A DNA stretch of 64,000 bases from an uncultured Acidobacteriaceae bacterium (GCA_963813015.1 CAWEXN010000007.1:209526-273525); one strand, 5' to 3'; shown: positions 10,270 through 20,933, counted from the stretch's first letter. Made by a program: numbers and translations. Notes: generated from the sequence alone by a model not told the origin.

Positions 10270-11028
10270 ATGAATACCGGCCCCACCGATCCCACACTTC
10301 CTGAACCTGGCCCAAGCCTTCCGCCAGCCTTGAGGCTGCCGCAGGATCGCGCCGCTTTGCCGGCGTCTCAGAACCCCCTGCCTGAGGCGCTGGCAGACCC
10401 TCCCACGTTCGAAAGGGGGGCATCCAGGCCCGCCGCGGACGGATCACTCATTGAGCCGGGTTCCGTGGAATGGTTGTCTCTGATCCCCTCTGAAACGCCT
10501 GCCACGGCTGAGAAGAAATCCGCGGGCGTCATGCTTTGGGTCCGCGATCTGGCCGTCGCCGCGGTCGCCTCCGCCCTCATCATCACATTCCTCTATCAGC
10601 CCGTCCGTGTTGAGGGCACCAGCATGTTGCCGCGCCTCGAGGACAGTGACCGCCTATTCATCAACAAGTTTGCCTATCATTTCGGGGCCATCAACCGCGG
10701 CGACGTGGTTGTCTTTCATTACCCGCGCGACCCCGAGAAGAGCTACATCAAGCGCGTGATTGCGGTGCCCGGCGACGAGCTTCGCATCGATCACGGCCGG
10801 GTTTTCGTCAACGGCAAGGCGATCCGCGAGGCATACGTGCCGCCGGAGTACCGCGATAACCGCTCGGTGGCCGAATTGACGCTGCCGCGAGACGAATACT
10901 ACATGATGGGCGACCACCGCTCGATCTCGTCGGACAGCCGCGATTTCGGCCCGGTTGACCGTTCGCTCATTTATGGCAAAGCCGTCTTTATCTATTGGCC
11001 GGCTCGCGATGCGGGCGTCGTTCACTGA
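10270..11028 (+). CDS. lepB: Signal peptidase I (S26)
   Basis: TM then VEGTSMLP (catalytic Ser), YIKRVI (catalytic Lys), GDHRSISSDSRDFG. Confidence 0.92.
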   Translation: MNTGPTDPTLPEPGPSLPPALRLPQDRAALPASQNPLPEALADPPTFERGASRPAADGSLIEPGSVEWLSLIPSETPATAEKKSAGVMLWVRDLAVAAVASALIITFLYQPVRVEGTSMLPRLEDSDRLFINKFAYHFGAINRGDVVVFHYPRDPEKSYIKRVIAVPGDELRIDHGRVFVNGKAIREAYVPPEYRDNRSVAELTLPRDEYYMMGDHRSISSDSRDFGPVDRSLIYGKAVFIYWPARDAGVVH

Positions 11029-11037
11029 TCAGGATAT

Positions 11038-11081
11038 GTAGCGCCGGCGTCCCGCCGGCTGTCGTGCGGGCGTCCTCCCGC
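11038..11081 (+). repeat. GTAG-type REP-like double hairpin
   Basis: GTAG-C-GCCGGCG-TCC-CGCCGGC then GCGGG-CGTCCT-CCCGC, 10 nt after lepB stop. Confidence 0.6.
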
Positions 11082-11269
11082 GCGCGGATAGTGGAAAACG
11101 GGACTACTTTGCCCCGGACAAACCAACGAAAATCGATTGCTTAACATGCACCCACATTCATAAAAACTTCATTGATTCAAAACAACTTAGACAATTCATA
11201 AATCTCAAGAGATACCCCAAACTCAGGCGGCATCGTTGGCAAATGTCCGGCTCATGCCCCAACATGCGC

Positions 11270-12427
11270 TCAGGGCGTCTTCTTCGTGACGGGTTTATGA
11301 CTGCTGGACGTGCCGGCTGCCGGCGGAGCGGCATCGAGCATCGGATCCGTGACCGTCGAGGTCGCCGGAAAGTCGCTGGCCTTCTCCACCTTGACGTTCA
11401 AGGTCACGTAGCTGACGCTCGGAACAGCGTCAGCGGTGCGGGCATCGGGCGCCGCAGTGGAATTGCGCTCCACAAGATAGCCATTCTGCACGATCAGGTT
11501 GTCCATCTCTTTTTCAAGGTCGTTCTCCTGAGCCTGGGGCAGGAAAACATAACTACCGCTAATCAGTTTCAGTGCATCCGCGGAGATCAAGCTGTTGTCG
11601 GCCCCTTGCTGTGTAACCACCACATCCTGCTGCTCGCTGTTGAGCAGGAAGTTCTCAGCATGAGATTTTTCAAGCAGCCCGTAAAAGGTGTAGAAGTTTT
11701 GCAGGGCAGGCAGCGCGATCCCTGGGAATCCAAGCAGGGGCGTCAGGATTTTGGTTCCCTGGATCATGACGCCAAGAATTTTGTCGAGCAGCGAAGTGGT
11801 CGGCGTGGTGGTAATGTTAACGCTCATATGGCCCGCGCCGTCGTTCAGCACGACATGGCTTATCTGCGGTCCCCCGCTCTGTTGCGGTTGCGATGGCTGT
11901 GACTGACTCCCGGACAACGCGCTCCAGGTCAAATTCTGCTCTGCGGGCAAAGAGCTTGCCTTGTTGGCGAACAGCGTGGCGAGCGCGGCCCAAACAATAG
12001 GTCCCAAAAACTCGCTGCCCGTCACACGCTGGCAAGAAAGATGCAGCTGGGCGAACTTCACCTTTGCAAGCTGGGGCTTATCCTGACTCCCGGCTCGAAA
12101 ACCAGTCAGTTCCAGCGTGACAACCGCATCCTCAGTAAAAGAGGGTAACTCGGTCGGTTTGATGTCCTGCACCCAGCGCAATCCGGTCTTGTCGTCGTAG
12201 AGCGCAATACGGGGGTCACGATCGGGATTGGGAGTGGGACTACTCTCGCCCCGTTGGCTCCCGCTCGAATATAAATTCTTCCAGTACGTCTCGCCTGCGG
12301 TCGGAGCCGAGGAGGATGCCGCGCCGGCCGTCTGGATTGCAGCGACGATTTCAGGATGCGCCAACAATGGCGACAACGCGCCGAAGGTTGCCGATTTGCC
12401 GAGAAAGGAACGCCGGGACAGCGTCAT
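11270..12427 (-). CDS. Tat-exported protein of unknown function
   Basis: MTLSRRSFLGK twin-arginine motif; AGGAG RBS; 385 aa, no family recognised. Confidence 0.8.
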   Translation of the reverse strand: MTLSRRSFLGKSATFGALSPLLAHPEIVAAIQTAGAASSSAPTAGETYWKNLYSSGSQRGESSPTPNPDRDPRIALYDDKTGLRWVQDIKPTELPSFTEDAVVTLELTGFRAGSQDKPQLAKVKFAQLHLSCQRVTGSEFLGPIVWAALATLFANKASSLPAEQNLTWSALSGSQSQPSQPQQSGGPQISHVVLNDGAGHMSVNITTTPTTSLLDKILGVMIQGTKILTPLLGFPGIALPALQNFYTFYGLLEKSHAENFLLNSEQQDVVVTQQGADNSLISADALKLISGSYVFLPQAQENDLEKEMDNLIVQNGYLVERNSTAAPDARTADAVPSVSYVTLNVKVEKASDFPATSTVTDPMLDAAPPAAGTSSSHKPVTKKTP

Positions 12428-12629
12428 GGAGTGAATGCTCCTTTGAGAATTCTGGGGGACCGAATGAGACGAGTGTTAGGGCTAAGGGCCTCAAGCCGGG
12501 GGAATGAAAACCTTATACCATGTTTGTCGCCAGGCAATAAATCAATCCTGCGCACTCGCACTTCCCCAACGGGATTGAGATAAAATCCGGATCAGGTTTT
12601 CGCTCCTTCCCCCCAATAGAACTTTTCGC

Positions 12630-15600
12630 ATGACGCACTCATCTATCCTTTTGCGAGGGATGCCCGTGCCTGGACCAACCGTATTGTTTGGCGCTCGATC
12701 ATCGAAGACCGGTTTGTGCGCAATCCTGGTGATTGTCTGTTCCTGCCCGGGCCAGTTTATTCATCCTCAGACTGCTTCCCATATGCAATCGTCCTCAGCA
12801 GGCGACCTGGCTTCGCTGTTTACGCGAATCGTTCCCGATGACTGCCATGCAGCTTCTGACAGCAATCTAGCCGAATTGAAATCAGCATTGGCCGACTTTC
12901 GAATTCATAAAAATCGCGAAGGCGAGCTACGGGCGCTCACGTTGCTCGGTCAACTATACGAGCAGTCCGGAGAGTATAAGGCGGCCCTTCCTTACTTGCA
13001 GAGTGTCTTAAGCCTTCTAAGCGATACCGAGGGAAAAGCCAAGGTCCTCACAATGACCGCGGATGCTCTCACGCAAGTAGGCCAACCTGATGCCGCAAAG
13101 CGCGATGCATTGGAAGCGCTGAAGGTCAGCACGAAACTCGGCGATGTGGCGGACGAGGCATCGGCGTTGCGGGCTCAGGCAGAGGCCGTTGCCGCCTCCT
13201 CTCCGAACGAAGCGATGCCGTACCTTCAAAAGGCGCTCCCACTCAGCATTCAGGCTAGCGATCTCAGGACACAGGCGACGATTCTGACCGACGAGGCGGA
13301 GATTGTCCAGGATTCCGCCAGCCCATTTGAGATATTTCGTCAGGCCCTTGCAATCGAAGAACAGGTTCACGATTGCCGGGACAAGATCGACACCTTGACG
13401 AACCTTGCGACTCTCGAATTCGATCGGGGCCAGATTCGAAATGGGCTGGCCGATTTCGAGAACGCATTGGCGCTCGAGCGCCAGGTTGGAAACAGCACTT
13501 CTGAGGCCGATACGCTGCATCAGCTGGGATATTTCCACTGGGAGCTTGGTGATCTGGGTGAATCGCTCTCCTACTTCAATCAAGCTCTCCAACTCAAACA
13601 ACAGGCGGGCGATGTCGCATCGGCAGCGGAGACGATGGGCGCGATGGCAGGCGTATACCGCGACACCGGGTGGCCGGCCGTGGCCCTCCGCTCTTATCTG
13701 CGGGTTCTGCTTCTATATCAGCACACAGGCGATGTGCCGTGGCAGGTCACGACCTTAAATAACCTGGGCATGATTGAGGCGGACCTGCGCCAAAAAACGC
13801 AGGCCCGAAACTACTACACAAAGTCGATCGAGCTAGCGCCGAAAGCCGGTGACCCCGTTACGCCAGCCTATTCTGCGTGGGGAATTGGAGAACTCGAACA
13901 GGCCGATGCGCTCCCACGCTACTTCCAGTCGGTCCGATTGGCCAGGGAGTTCGAACATGCCGATCTGGAAGGCGAAGTTGATTCCTCATTGATGGATCAT
14001 TTTCGCTCACACCACCAGCCCAATGTGGCCATCTTTTTCGGCAAGAGGGCCGTTGACCGGTTTCAGTCTTTGCTCAGGAGCATGGGTGACATGAGCGAGG
14101 ACCTCACGAGCTCCTTTCTGCAAAGGAAATCCGCAACCTACCGGACTCTGGCCGAACTCCTGATTGACCAAGGAAGGTTCATCGAGGCGCAGCAGGTTCT
14201 CGATCTGCTGAAGATCCAGCAGTATTCCGATTACGTAGGGGAACAGCCGACCGAGCTTGGCGAGACCCTCGTCCGCAGCCCGCGCGAAACTCCCTTGCAG
14301 ATTGAACTTGAAAAGCACCTCGCGCAGTGGGTGACCCTGGACAAGGCGCTGCGAGCGGCGCAGACCGCCGAACCTCGGCAATCGTCTCTGATCCTCAGAG
14401 CTCGAGAGGCTGTCCACACCGAACAGGTGAGTTTTGACGCCTTCCTTCAGGATCTTTACAAGCAGCTCCAAGCCCCGGAAGGCCCCGCAGTCGGCGTGAA
14501 GAGCGTCACGGGCGCAGAACTGCCTCTCGAAACCCTCCTTGCCAGGAATCCGGACGCAGTCGCTCTCTACACATTGGAAGGCGCCGATCGCTATCGCGTG
14601 ATGGTCATAAGCCATGCGGGGCGATTTGCCCGGTCTTATCCAATTGCGCAGAACGCACTGGATGAAAAGTGCCGGGAATTCCTCAACCTCGTCAGTCGCC
14701 GGGACACCGATTCCAGTGCTTCCGCACAGGATTTATTTGGCATCCTGTTCGCGCCGGTCCAAAAGGATTTGCAATCGCTGGGTGCGAAAACACTTGTCTG
14801 GTACCTGGACGGCTCGCTGCGCTATATCCCCATCGCTGCTCTGATGAACTCGGACACAAAACGGTATCTCGTAGATGATTACAACGTCGTGAACTTTACG
14901 CCTCTGAGTCATTCGACAGAGTCGCCGCCGGAATTGAAGGGTGCACGGGCCATTGGAATGGGCATCAGCCGTAAGTACTTCAACGACCTAGGCCCCTTAC
15001 TAAATGTGAAAGAGGAATTGGACTCCGTCATTTCAGACCCAACCGTGCCCGACTCTCATGGCGTCCTACCAGGGACCATTTTGATCGACGGGCAATTCAC
15101 CGAGAAAGCATTGGAAGAGAATCTGAAGTCGCAGGACGTCGTTCACATCGCGAGCCACTTCGTTTTGAAGCCGGGAAATGACGACCTCTCCTTCCTCCTT
15201 TTGGCTGGCAAGGACCAGGATCACTCCGGATATAGGTACTCCATGGCCGATTTTGAGAAAAGCACTGACCTGCATCTGGAAGGAACGAAGTTGCTCACGT
15301 TGTCGGCATGCCAGACCGGCGCCGCCAATGAGCGGGACACTTGCTTTCAAAACGATGAGTCCTCGGTGAAGACCGCAAAGTGCCAGGCGGGCAATGCCAA
15401 TCAGCGAGAGAACGGCGTGGTGATGGAGAGTATGAGTGAAGTCGTGCTCGAGAAAGGCGCTGAAGCAGTTGTCTCTTCGCTCTGGAGCGTGGACGATGAA
15501 AGTACAAGTGCATTGATGGCGGACTTTTATCAGCGCTGGGCAGGCTCGGGCGGAACAGTTTCCAAGGCGGAGGCGCTCAGGCAAGCGGAGCTCGACTTGC

Positions 15601-15746
15601 TGCACGGCAAAGCCATTCCTCAGCCGGCCGCCGGCCGCCGCGGCGTTCTTGCAGTCGAGAACGAACCCCGCAAACCGGTCAACCCTGCCGGATTCTCGCT
15701 CCCCTATTACTGGGCGCCTTTTGTCTTGACGGGAAACTGGCAATAA
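12630..15746 (+). CDS. TPR-repeat + CHAT (caspase/separase-like) protease
   Basis: About 8 TPR-like helical repeats; CHAT motifs YLDGSLRYIP, HIASHF (catalytic His), LTLSACQTG (catalytic Cys), SLWSVDD, ALRQAEL, PYYWAPF. Confidence 0.9.
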   Translation: MTHSSILLRGMPVPGPTVLFGARSSKTGLCAILVIVCSCPGQFIHPQTASHMQSSSAGDLASLFTRIVPDDCHAASDSNLAELKSALADFRIHKNREGELRALTLLGQLYEQSGEYKAALPYLQSVLSLLSDTEGKAKVLTMTADALTQVGQPDAAKRDALEALKVSTKLGDVADEASALRAQAEAVAASSPNEAMPYLQKALPLSIQASDLRTQATILTDEAEIVQDSASPFEIFRQALAIEEQVHDCRDKIDTLTNLATLEFDRGQIRNGLADFENALALERQVGNSTSEADTLHQLGYFHWELGDLGESLSYFNQALQLKQQAGDVASAAETMGAMAGVYRDTGWPAVALRSYLRVLLLYQHTGDVPWQVTTLNNLGMIEADLRQKTQARNYYTKSIELAPKAGDPVTPAYSAWGIGELEQADALPRYFQSVRLAREFEHADLEGEVDSSLMDHFRSHHQPNVAIFFGKRAVDRFQSLLRSMGDMSEDLTSSFLQRKSATYRTLAELLIDQGRFIEAQQVLDLLKIQQYSDYVGEQPTELGETLVRSPRETPLQIELEKHLAQWVTLDKALRAAQTAEPRQSSLILRAREAVHTEQVSFDAFLQDLYKQLQAPEGPAVGVKSVTGAELPLETLLARNPDAVALYTLEGADRYRVMVISHAGRFARSYPIAQNALDEKCREFLNLVSRRDTDSSASAQDLFGILFAPVQKDLQSLGAKTLVWYLDGSLRYIPIAALMNSDTKRYLVDDYNVVNFTPLSHSTESPPELKGARAIGMGISRKYFNDLGPLLNVKEELDSVISDPTVPDSHGVLPGTILIDGQFTEKALEENLKSQDVVHIASHFVLKPGNDDLSFLLLAGKDQDHSGYRYSMADFEKSTDLHLEGTKLLTLSACQTGAANERDTCFQNDESSVKTAKCQAGNANQRENGVVMESMSEVVLEKGAEAVVSSLWSVDDESTSALMADFYQRWAGSGGTVSKAEALRQAELDLLHGKAIPQPAAGRRGVLAVENEPRKPVNPAGFSLPYYWAPFVLTGNWQ

Positions 15747-15807
15747 TTGCCGACAACTTGCATGGCTTGTGACAGCAAGAAAGATCGAAAGTGGATTGAA
15801 AAATCTC

Positions 15808-15836
15808 TTGAAACGCAGAAAACGATCTGCTAAATT
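15808..15836 (+). promoter_or_regulatory. Sigma70-type promoter for the GloVer-repeat gene
   Basis: TTGAAA-N17-TAAATT with TG extended -10. Confidence 0.55.
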
Positions 15837-15914
15837 CTGTTCAAACCGACCCCCCCGGATAATCTTCCTCTTATCGCATACTCAGGCTTCATATTTCTCG
15901 TCAACCGGTGTCCC

Positions 15915-18900
15915 ATGAATCGGCTCGCGATCCGTTTGTGTATTGGCTCCATGTTGGTTATTTCGGGAGCATTGCTTTCCGACGCCCAAACCTCCTCCGT
16001 GTTGCACTCTTTTACAGGCACCGCGACCGATGGAGACGCGCCAAATTCTCTGATTGAGGCTCAGGATGGCAATTACTACGGTACGACCGCATTTGGCGGC
16101 AGCGCTGGCTCATGCACAGATAGCAATAACAACACCGTCGGATGTGGAACTGTCTTCAAGCTGAGCAGTGGAACGGTGACAGTGCTATACAGCTTTAGCG
16201 GCGGGGCCGATGGGGGCCAGCCGAACGGGATCATCCAGGGAACGGACGGGAATCTTTACGGTGTAGCGGCCTTTGGCGGATCGAGTCAGGGCAACGGCAA
16301 ATGCTTGGCTGGAACAGTTGATACAGGATGCGGAACGATTTTCGAGATCGCGCCTTCCAGTCCGCCTGCCGCTGGAAAGCTAGTTCCGATCTACAACTTC
16401 ACCGGCGGCAGCGATGGGGCTTACCCGAATCCACTGACCATGGGAACGGGAGGGGTGCTCTATGGATCAGCACTGGATTGCAGCCAATGCTCGACGAGCG
16501 ACGCCTACGGTGTTCTGTTTAGCTTTCAGCCCGGCCGGCGCCAGTGGAGTCACCCCAACGATCCTTTCCACGTTTGGCACTTCCAAAGGGCAAAATGGAT
16601 CGAGCTTCGCGTATCCAAACGCTTTGGTCCAGGCAAGTGCTCAGATCCTGTACGGCACTGCGCAACTCGGAGGAGATACCGCATTCACAACGGGCTGCTT
16701 ATTTGTGGGATCGAATTCGTTTGGATGCGGTGGGGTCTTTTCTTACAATCTTTCAACGACGAAAGAGAGTGACCTGTGTCTTTTTGGCGAAAGCGCCAAC
16801 GTTTCGACGAGTTCCAGCGTATCAAGCGCTGCTTTGCCGCTGGTAAATGGCAAAGGCGGTCCTTCACCGCAAACGATCGTGAAGCAGTCGTCCGGCAGGT
16901 TCCCGTCTGATGGCGCACCCTGGACCTTTCAAAGTTCTCCGATGACGATCGCAATGGGAGGCGACGGGAACATCTACGGAGCGGCACCTCCGGCGTGTGT
17001 CTCCGGAGAGAGCTCGTCGTCGGTGAGTTACACGGCGACTCCCGCCTGTACCGGCGCAACGACATACGATGCAGTCGCCCCGGCAACAGTCTTCCAGTGC
17101 ATTCCTTCTTCAACGACGCCAACGCTGAACACGGTCTACGAGTTTGGAGCGACCAACAACAATGGCAACGTCATCGATGGTGGCGGTTCTCTTCAGGGCC
17201 TGCTGCTGGCCAGCGATGGCAACTACTACGGAACGAGCGGCGTTTACACCTTTAATTTGACGCCGACGCAAATGTCGGCTTTCACGTCTTCCGGCACCAC
17301 ATCGCCGCTGTCATCTCTTTCGCCGTTCTATTCCACACTTACGTCTGACACTGCGAACTTCAGTCCGAATTCGATGATCCAGGGAAGCAACGGAAGCTTC
17401 TACGGGACAACGGCGACCGGTGGAGCGAGCAGTGACGGCGCCATTTTTGAAGTGACTAATTCGTTGAACCCTCCGGTGCAGCTAAGTTTCACTGACTCGT
17501 CCATCACGCTGGGGAGCCCGGCCACTCTGGATTGGGCGGTCCCGAATGCCTATTCGTTGACCGCAGAGCAGTGCTATGCGTTTGTGCAGAACAACGCATC
17601 GGGGGCCGGTACCTGGTCCGGACTCCAGGCCGGCTCGCTCTCAGAGGGTGCATATAGTGGCTCATCGACGATCACCCCGACCTCGCCGGGCACCTTCACG
17701 TACGCGCTCACCTGCGGAGGAATCGTTTCAGGCTTCGCCATGCTGCAGGTCAACGAGCCACAGGCCGCGACAATGTCCACCCCCACGCCGGGCAGTACGC
17801 TGTCCGCAGCTTCAACCACCTTCACCTGGAATGCAGGGTCCGGTGGAGTGACGGGCTACTACCTGTGGATTGGCACATCGGCCGGCACTGCCAATCTGGC
17901 GAACATCGGTCTCTCCAGCACCACCACCCAAGCGACCGTAACTCTGCCCACTAACGGAGCCACGATCTACGTCCAGCTCTGGACACAGTTCAGCGGCGGC
18001 AACTTGCTCTCCAACAGCTACACCTACACCGAAGACACCATTACCGCAGCTACCATGAGCACTCCCACGCCGGGCAGCACGCTGACCGCAGCTTCGACCA
18101 CGTTCAACTGGAACGCAGGCGTTGGCGGGGTGACAGGCTACTACCTGTGGATTGGCACATCGGTCGGCACTTCCAATCTGGCGAACATCGGTTTCTCCAG
18201 CAGCACCACCCAAGCGACCGTAACTCTGCCCACCAATGGAGCCAAGATCTACGTCGAGCTCTGGACAGCATACCCCGGCGGAAGTTTGCTCTCCAACAGC
18301 TACACCTATACCGAAGACACCATTACCGCAGCTACCATGAGCACTCCCACGCCGGGCAACCCGCTGACCGCAGCTTCGACCACGTTCAACTGGAACGCCG
18401 GCGTTGGCGGGGTGACGGGCTACTACCTGTGGATTGGCACATCGGTCGGCACTGCCAATCTGGTGAACATCGGTTTCTCCAGCAGCACCACCCAAGCGAC
18501 CGTAACTCTGCCCACCAATGGTGCCCCGATCTACGTGGAGCTCTGGACAAAGCTCAGCAGCGGGACCTTACTCTCCAACAGCTACACCTACACGGAATTC
18601 ACGCAATCCGCAGCCACGATCACCAGCCCGATCAACGGCAGTACGCTGACTTCAGCTTCAACCACCTTCACCTGGAATGCAGGGTCCGGTGGAGTGACGG
18701 GCTACTACCTGTGGATTGGCACATCGGCCGGCACTGCCAATCTGGCGAACATCGGTTTCTCCAGCACCACCACCCAAGCGACCGTAACTCTGCCCACCAA
18801 TGGTGCCCCGATCTACGTGGAGCTCTGGACAAAGCTCAGCAGCGGGACCTTACTCTCCAACAGCTACACCTACACGGAATTCACGCAATCCGCAGCCACG

Positions 18901-19452
18901 ATCACCAGCCCGATCAACGGCAGTACGCTGACTTCAGCTTCAACCACCTTCACCTGGAATGCAGGGTCCGGTGGAGTGACGGGCTACTACCTGTGGATTG
19001 GCACATCGGCCGGCACTGCCAATCTGGCGAACATCGGTTTCTCCAGCACCACCACCCAAGCGACCGTAACTCTGCCCACCAATGGTGCCCCGATCTACGT
19101 GGAGCTCTGGACACAGTTCAGCGGCGGCAGCTTGCTTTCCAACAGCTACACCTACACGGAATTCACGCAATCCGCAGCCACGATCACCAGCCCGATCAAC
19201 GGCAGTACGCTGACTTCAGCTTCAACCACCTTCACCTGGAATGCAGGGTCCGGTGGAGTGACGGGCTACTACCTGTGGATTGGCACATCGGCCGGCACTG
19301 CCAATCTGGCGAACATCGGTTTCTCCAGCACCACCACCCAAGCGACCGTAATTCTGCCCACTAACGGAGCCACGATCTACGTCCAGCTCTGGACACAGTT
19401 CAGCGGCGGCAACTTGCTCTCCAACAGCTACGCCTACACCGAGGCCCCATAG
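15915..19452 (+). CDS. Large secreted protein: GloVer (Gloeo_Verruco-type) repeats, Ig-like domain, six C-terminal 94-aa repeats (one frameshift near 16531)
   Basis: Signal peptide; repeated (N/L)YGTTxxGG...GT(V/I)F units; frames join at SFQP/AGASGV on removing one C of CCC. Confidence 0.85.
17764..19449 (+). repeat. Six tandem 282-bp in-frame repeats
   Basis: Units start at 17764, 18046, 18328, 18610, 18892, 19174; each encodes ...FTWNAG.GGVTGYYLWIGTS...IYV.LWT...LSNSYTYT. Confidence 0.95.
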
Positions 19453-19518
19453 CGAACCAAACACCTCGCGCGGCGGGCCATTGCGCGGTGCTCTGGAGCG
19501 CTCGAGAACCGGCAGCTT

Positions 19519-20724
19519 TTACTCCGCCCTTGGCAGCTTCAGCGCCTTCAGCTCTACCAGGTTCTTTTCGATCATTCGATTGCGCTGGGCAACGCAGGCG
19601 TGACTACGCAGCGGATCAGCCGGTGTATTCAGCACATAGTCCACAAGCTTGTCGACCGTGCTAGTAGCTACATGAATGCGCGTGTCGGATGAAGCGTAAT
19701 AGATAAAGACTTCGCCGTTCTTGCCCTCGATCCAGCCGTTGCTAAAGACGACATTCGAGACATCGCCGACCCGCTCGCCACCCTCGGGAGCGATGAAGTA
19801 GCCAGCCGGCTTGTGCGTCACCACCCAGGGGCGCTCCAACTCGGTCAAGAACAGATAGAGCACATAGCGCAACCCCGCGGCCGTGTTGCGTACACCGTGC
19901 GCCAACTGCAACCAGCCCTTGCCGGTCTTGATGGGAGCTGGTCCGAGGCCGTTCTTGACCTCTTGAATGGTGTGATATTCGCGGTTATCGACGATGGTTT
20001 CTTCGTCCACGACGGCATTGTCGATGCTCGACGAGAGCCCCCAGCCGATGCCGCCGCCTTTGCCCGCCTGAATAAAGTCGTCCTGAGGACGGGTATAGAA
20101 GGCATATTTGCCGTCGACAAAATTCGGGTGAAGCACCACGTTGCGCTGCTGCGGCGACTTGGACCTCAGGTCGGGCAGACGCTTCCAGGTCTTCATATCC
20201 CTGGTGCGCACAATGCCGCACTGCGCGATCGCCGAAGAGGTGTCCGACTCAGGCGCCTTTGGGTCCTTGCGCTCGGTGCAAAAGAGCCCATAGATCCAGC
20301 CGTCTTCGTGCTTGACGACGCGCATGTCGTAGACGTTGATGTCCCGATCTTCGGTCTCGGGCAAAAGAATGGGAAAATTCCAGAAACGAAAGTTGTCGAT
20401 GCCGTTCGGGCTCTCAGCGACGGCAAAAAACGACTTTCGGTCCGAACCCTCGACGCGCACCACCAGCAGATACTTGCCTTCGTGCAAGATCGCGCCGGCG
20501 TTGAAAGTGGCGTTGACCCCAATCCGTTCCATCAGGTAAGGATTGGTCTTCTGGTCGAGGTCATAGCGCCAGGTGATCGGCGCGTGTGCAGCAGTCACGA
20601 TTGGGAAATCATAGCGATCAAAGATACCGTTGCCGTTGGTCGACTTGCGATTGCGGCGGGTGATCAACCGCTCTTGCTCCTTGAGCAGATCTTGAACGCG
20701 CTTCTTGAATGCTGCTTGGATCAT
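19519..20724 (-). CDS. GH130 beta-mannoside phosphorylase (mannosylglucose phosphorylase-like)
   Basis: [55 protein letters not shown]. Confidence 0.9.
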   Translation of the reverse strand: MIQAAFKKRVQDLLKEQERLITRRNRKSTNGNGIFDRYDFPIVTAAHAPITWRYDLDQKTNPYLMERIGVNATFNAGAILHEGKYLLVVRVEGSDRKSFFAVAESPNGIDNFRFWNFPILLPETEDRDINVYDMRVVKHEDGWIYGLFCTERKDPKAPESDTSSAIAQCGIVRTRDMKTWKRLPDLRSKSPQQRNVVLHPNFVDGKYAFYTRPQDDFIQAGKGGGIGWGLSSSIDNAVVDEETIVDNREYHTIQEVKNGLGPAPIKTGKGWLQLAHGVRNTAAGLRYVLYLFLTELERPWVVTHKPAGYFIAPEGGERVGDVSNVVFSNGWIEGKNGEVFIYYASSDTRIHVATSTVDKLVDYVLNTPADPLRSHACVAQRNRMIEKNLVELKALKLPRAE

Positions 20725-20852
20725 CTTGCTCTCTGGGGTTTGAATTCCTGCGCTCGATGGTCAAAGAAACGCAACCCCTTTGTCAGATTAACGTATTCGA
20801 TCAGGCCGTTTACCCAAGGCGTTGCGTCGACCTGCTGTTCGAGATCAGCTCG

Positions 20853-20933
20853 AGACTTGCGGCAATTACACCGCTTCCACTGAGGGCCACGACGCTTCGG
20901 ACAATCCACAGAGTGCCGTGTAAACACTGATAT
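20853..20933 (-). pseudogene. Remnant resembling the N-terminal arm of a tyrosine integrase
   Basis: ISVFTRHSVDCPKRRGPQWKRCNCRKS resembles the RH..C...W.RC.C.K N-terminus recalled from acidobacterial integrases; no catalytic domain follows. Confidence 0.4.

Noticed and set aside
11270-12427. Bacterial gasdermin next to the CHAT protease
   Set aside because: It has a Tat signal and lacks the N-terminal Cys and conserved gasdermin pattern; kept only as an unknown partner.
12478-12505. Extra copy of the RAYT REP (GGGCTAAGGGCCTCAAGCC)
   Set aside because: Too short and the stem does not pair; likely chance.
17764-19449. CRISPR array
   Set aside because: Units are 282 bp, in frame and coding, with no unique spacers and no cas genes.
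19813-20883. Long antisense or alternative-frame ORFs (this one, also 23211-24185, 38054-39349, 60169-61809 and others)
   Set aside because: They overlap well-supported genes and are expected shadows in GC-rich DNA; no motifs or RBS.
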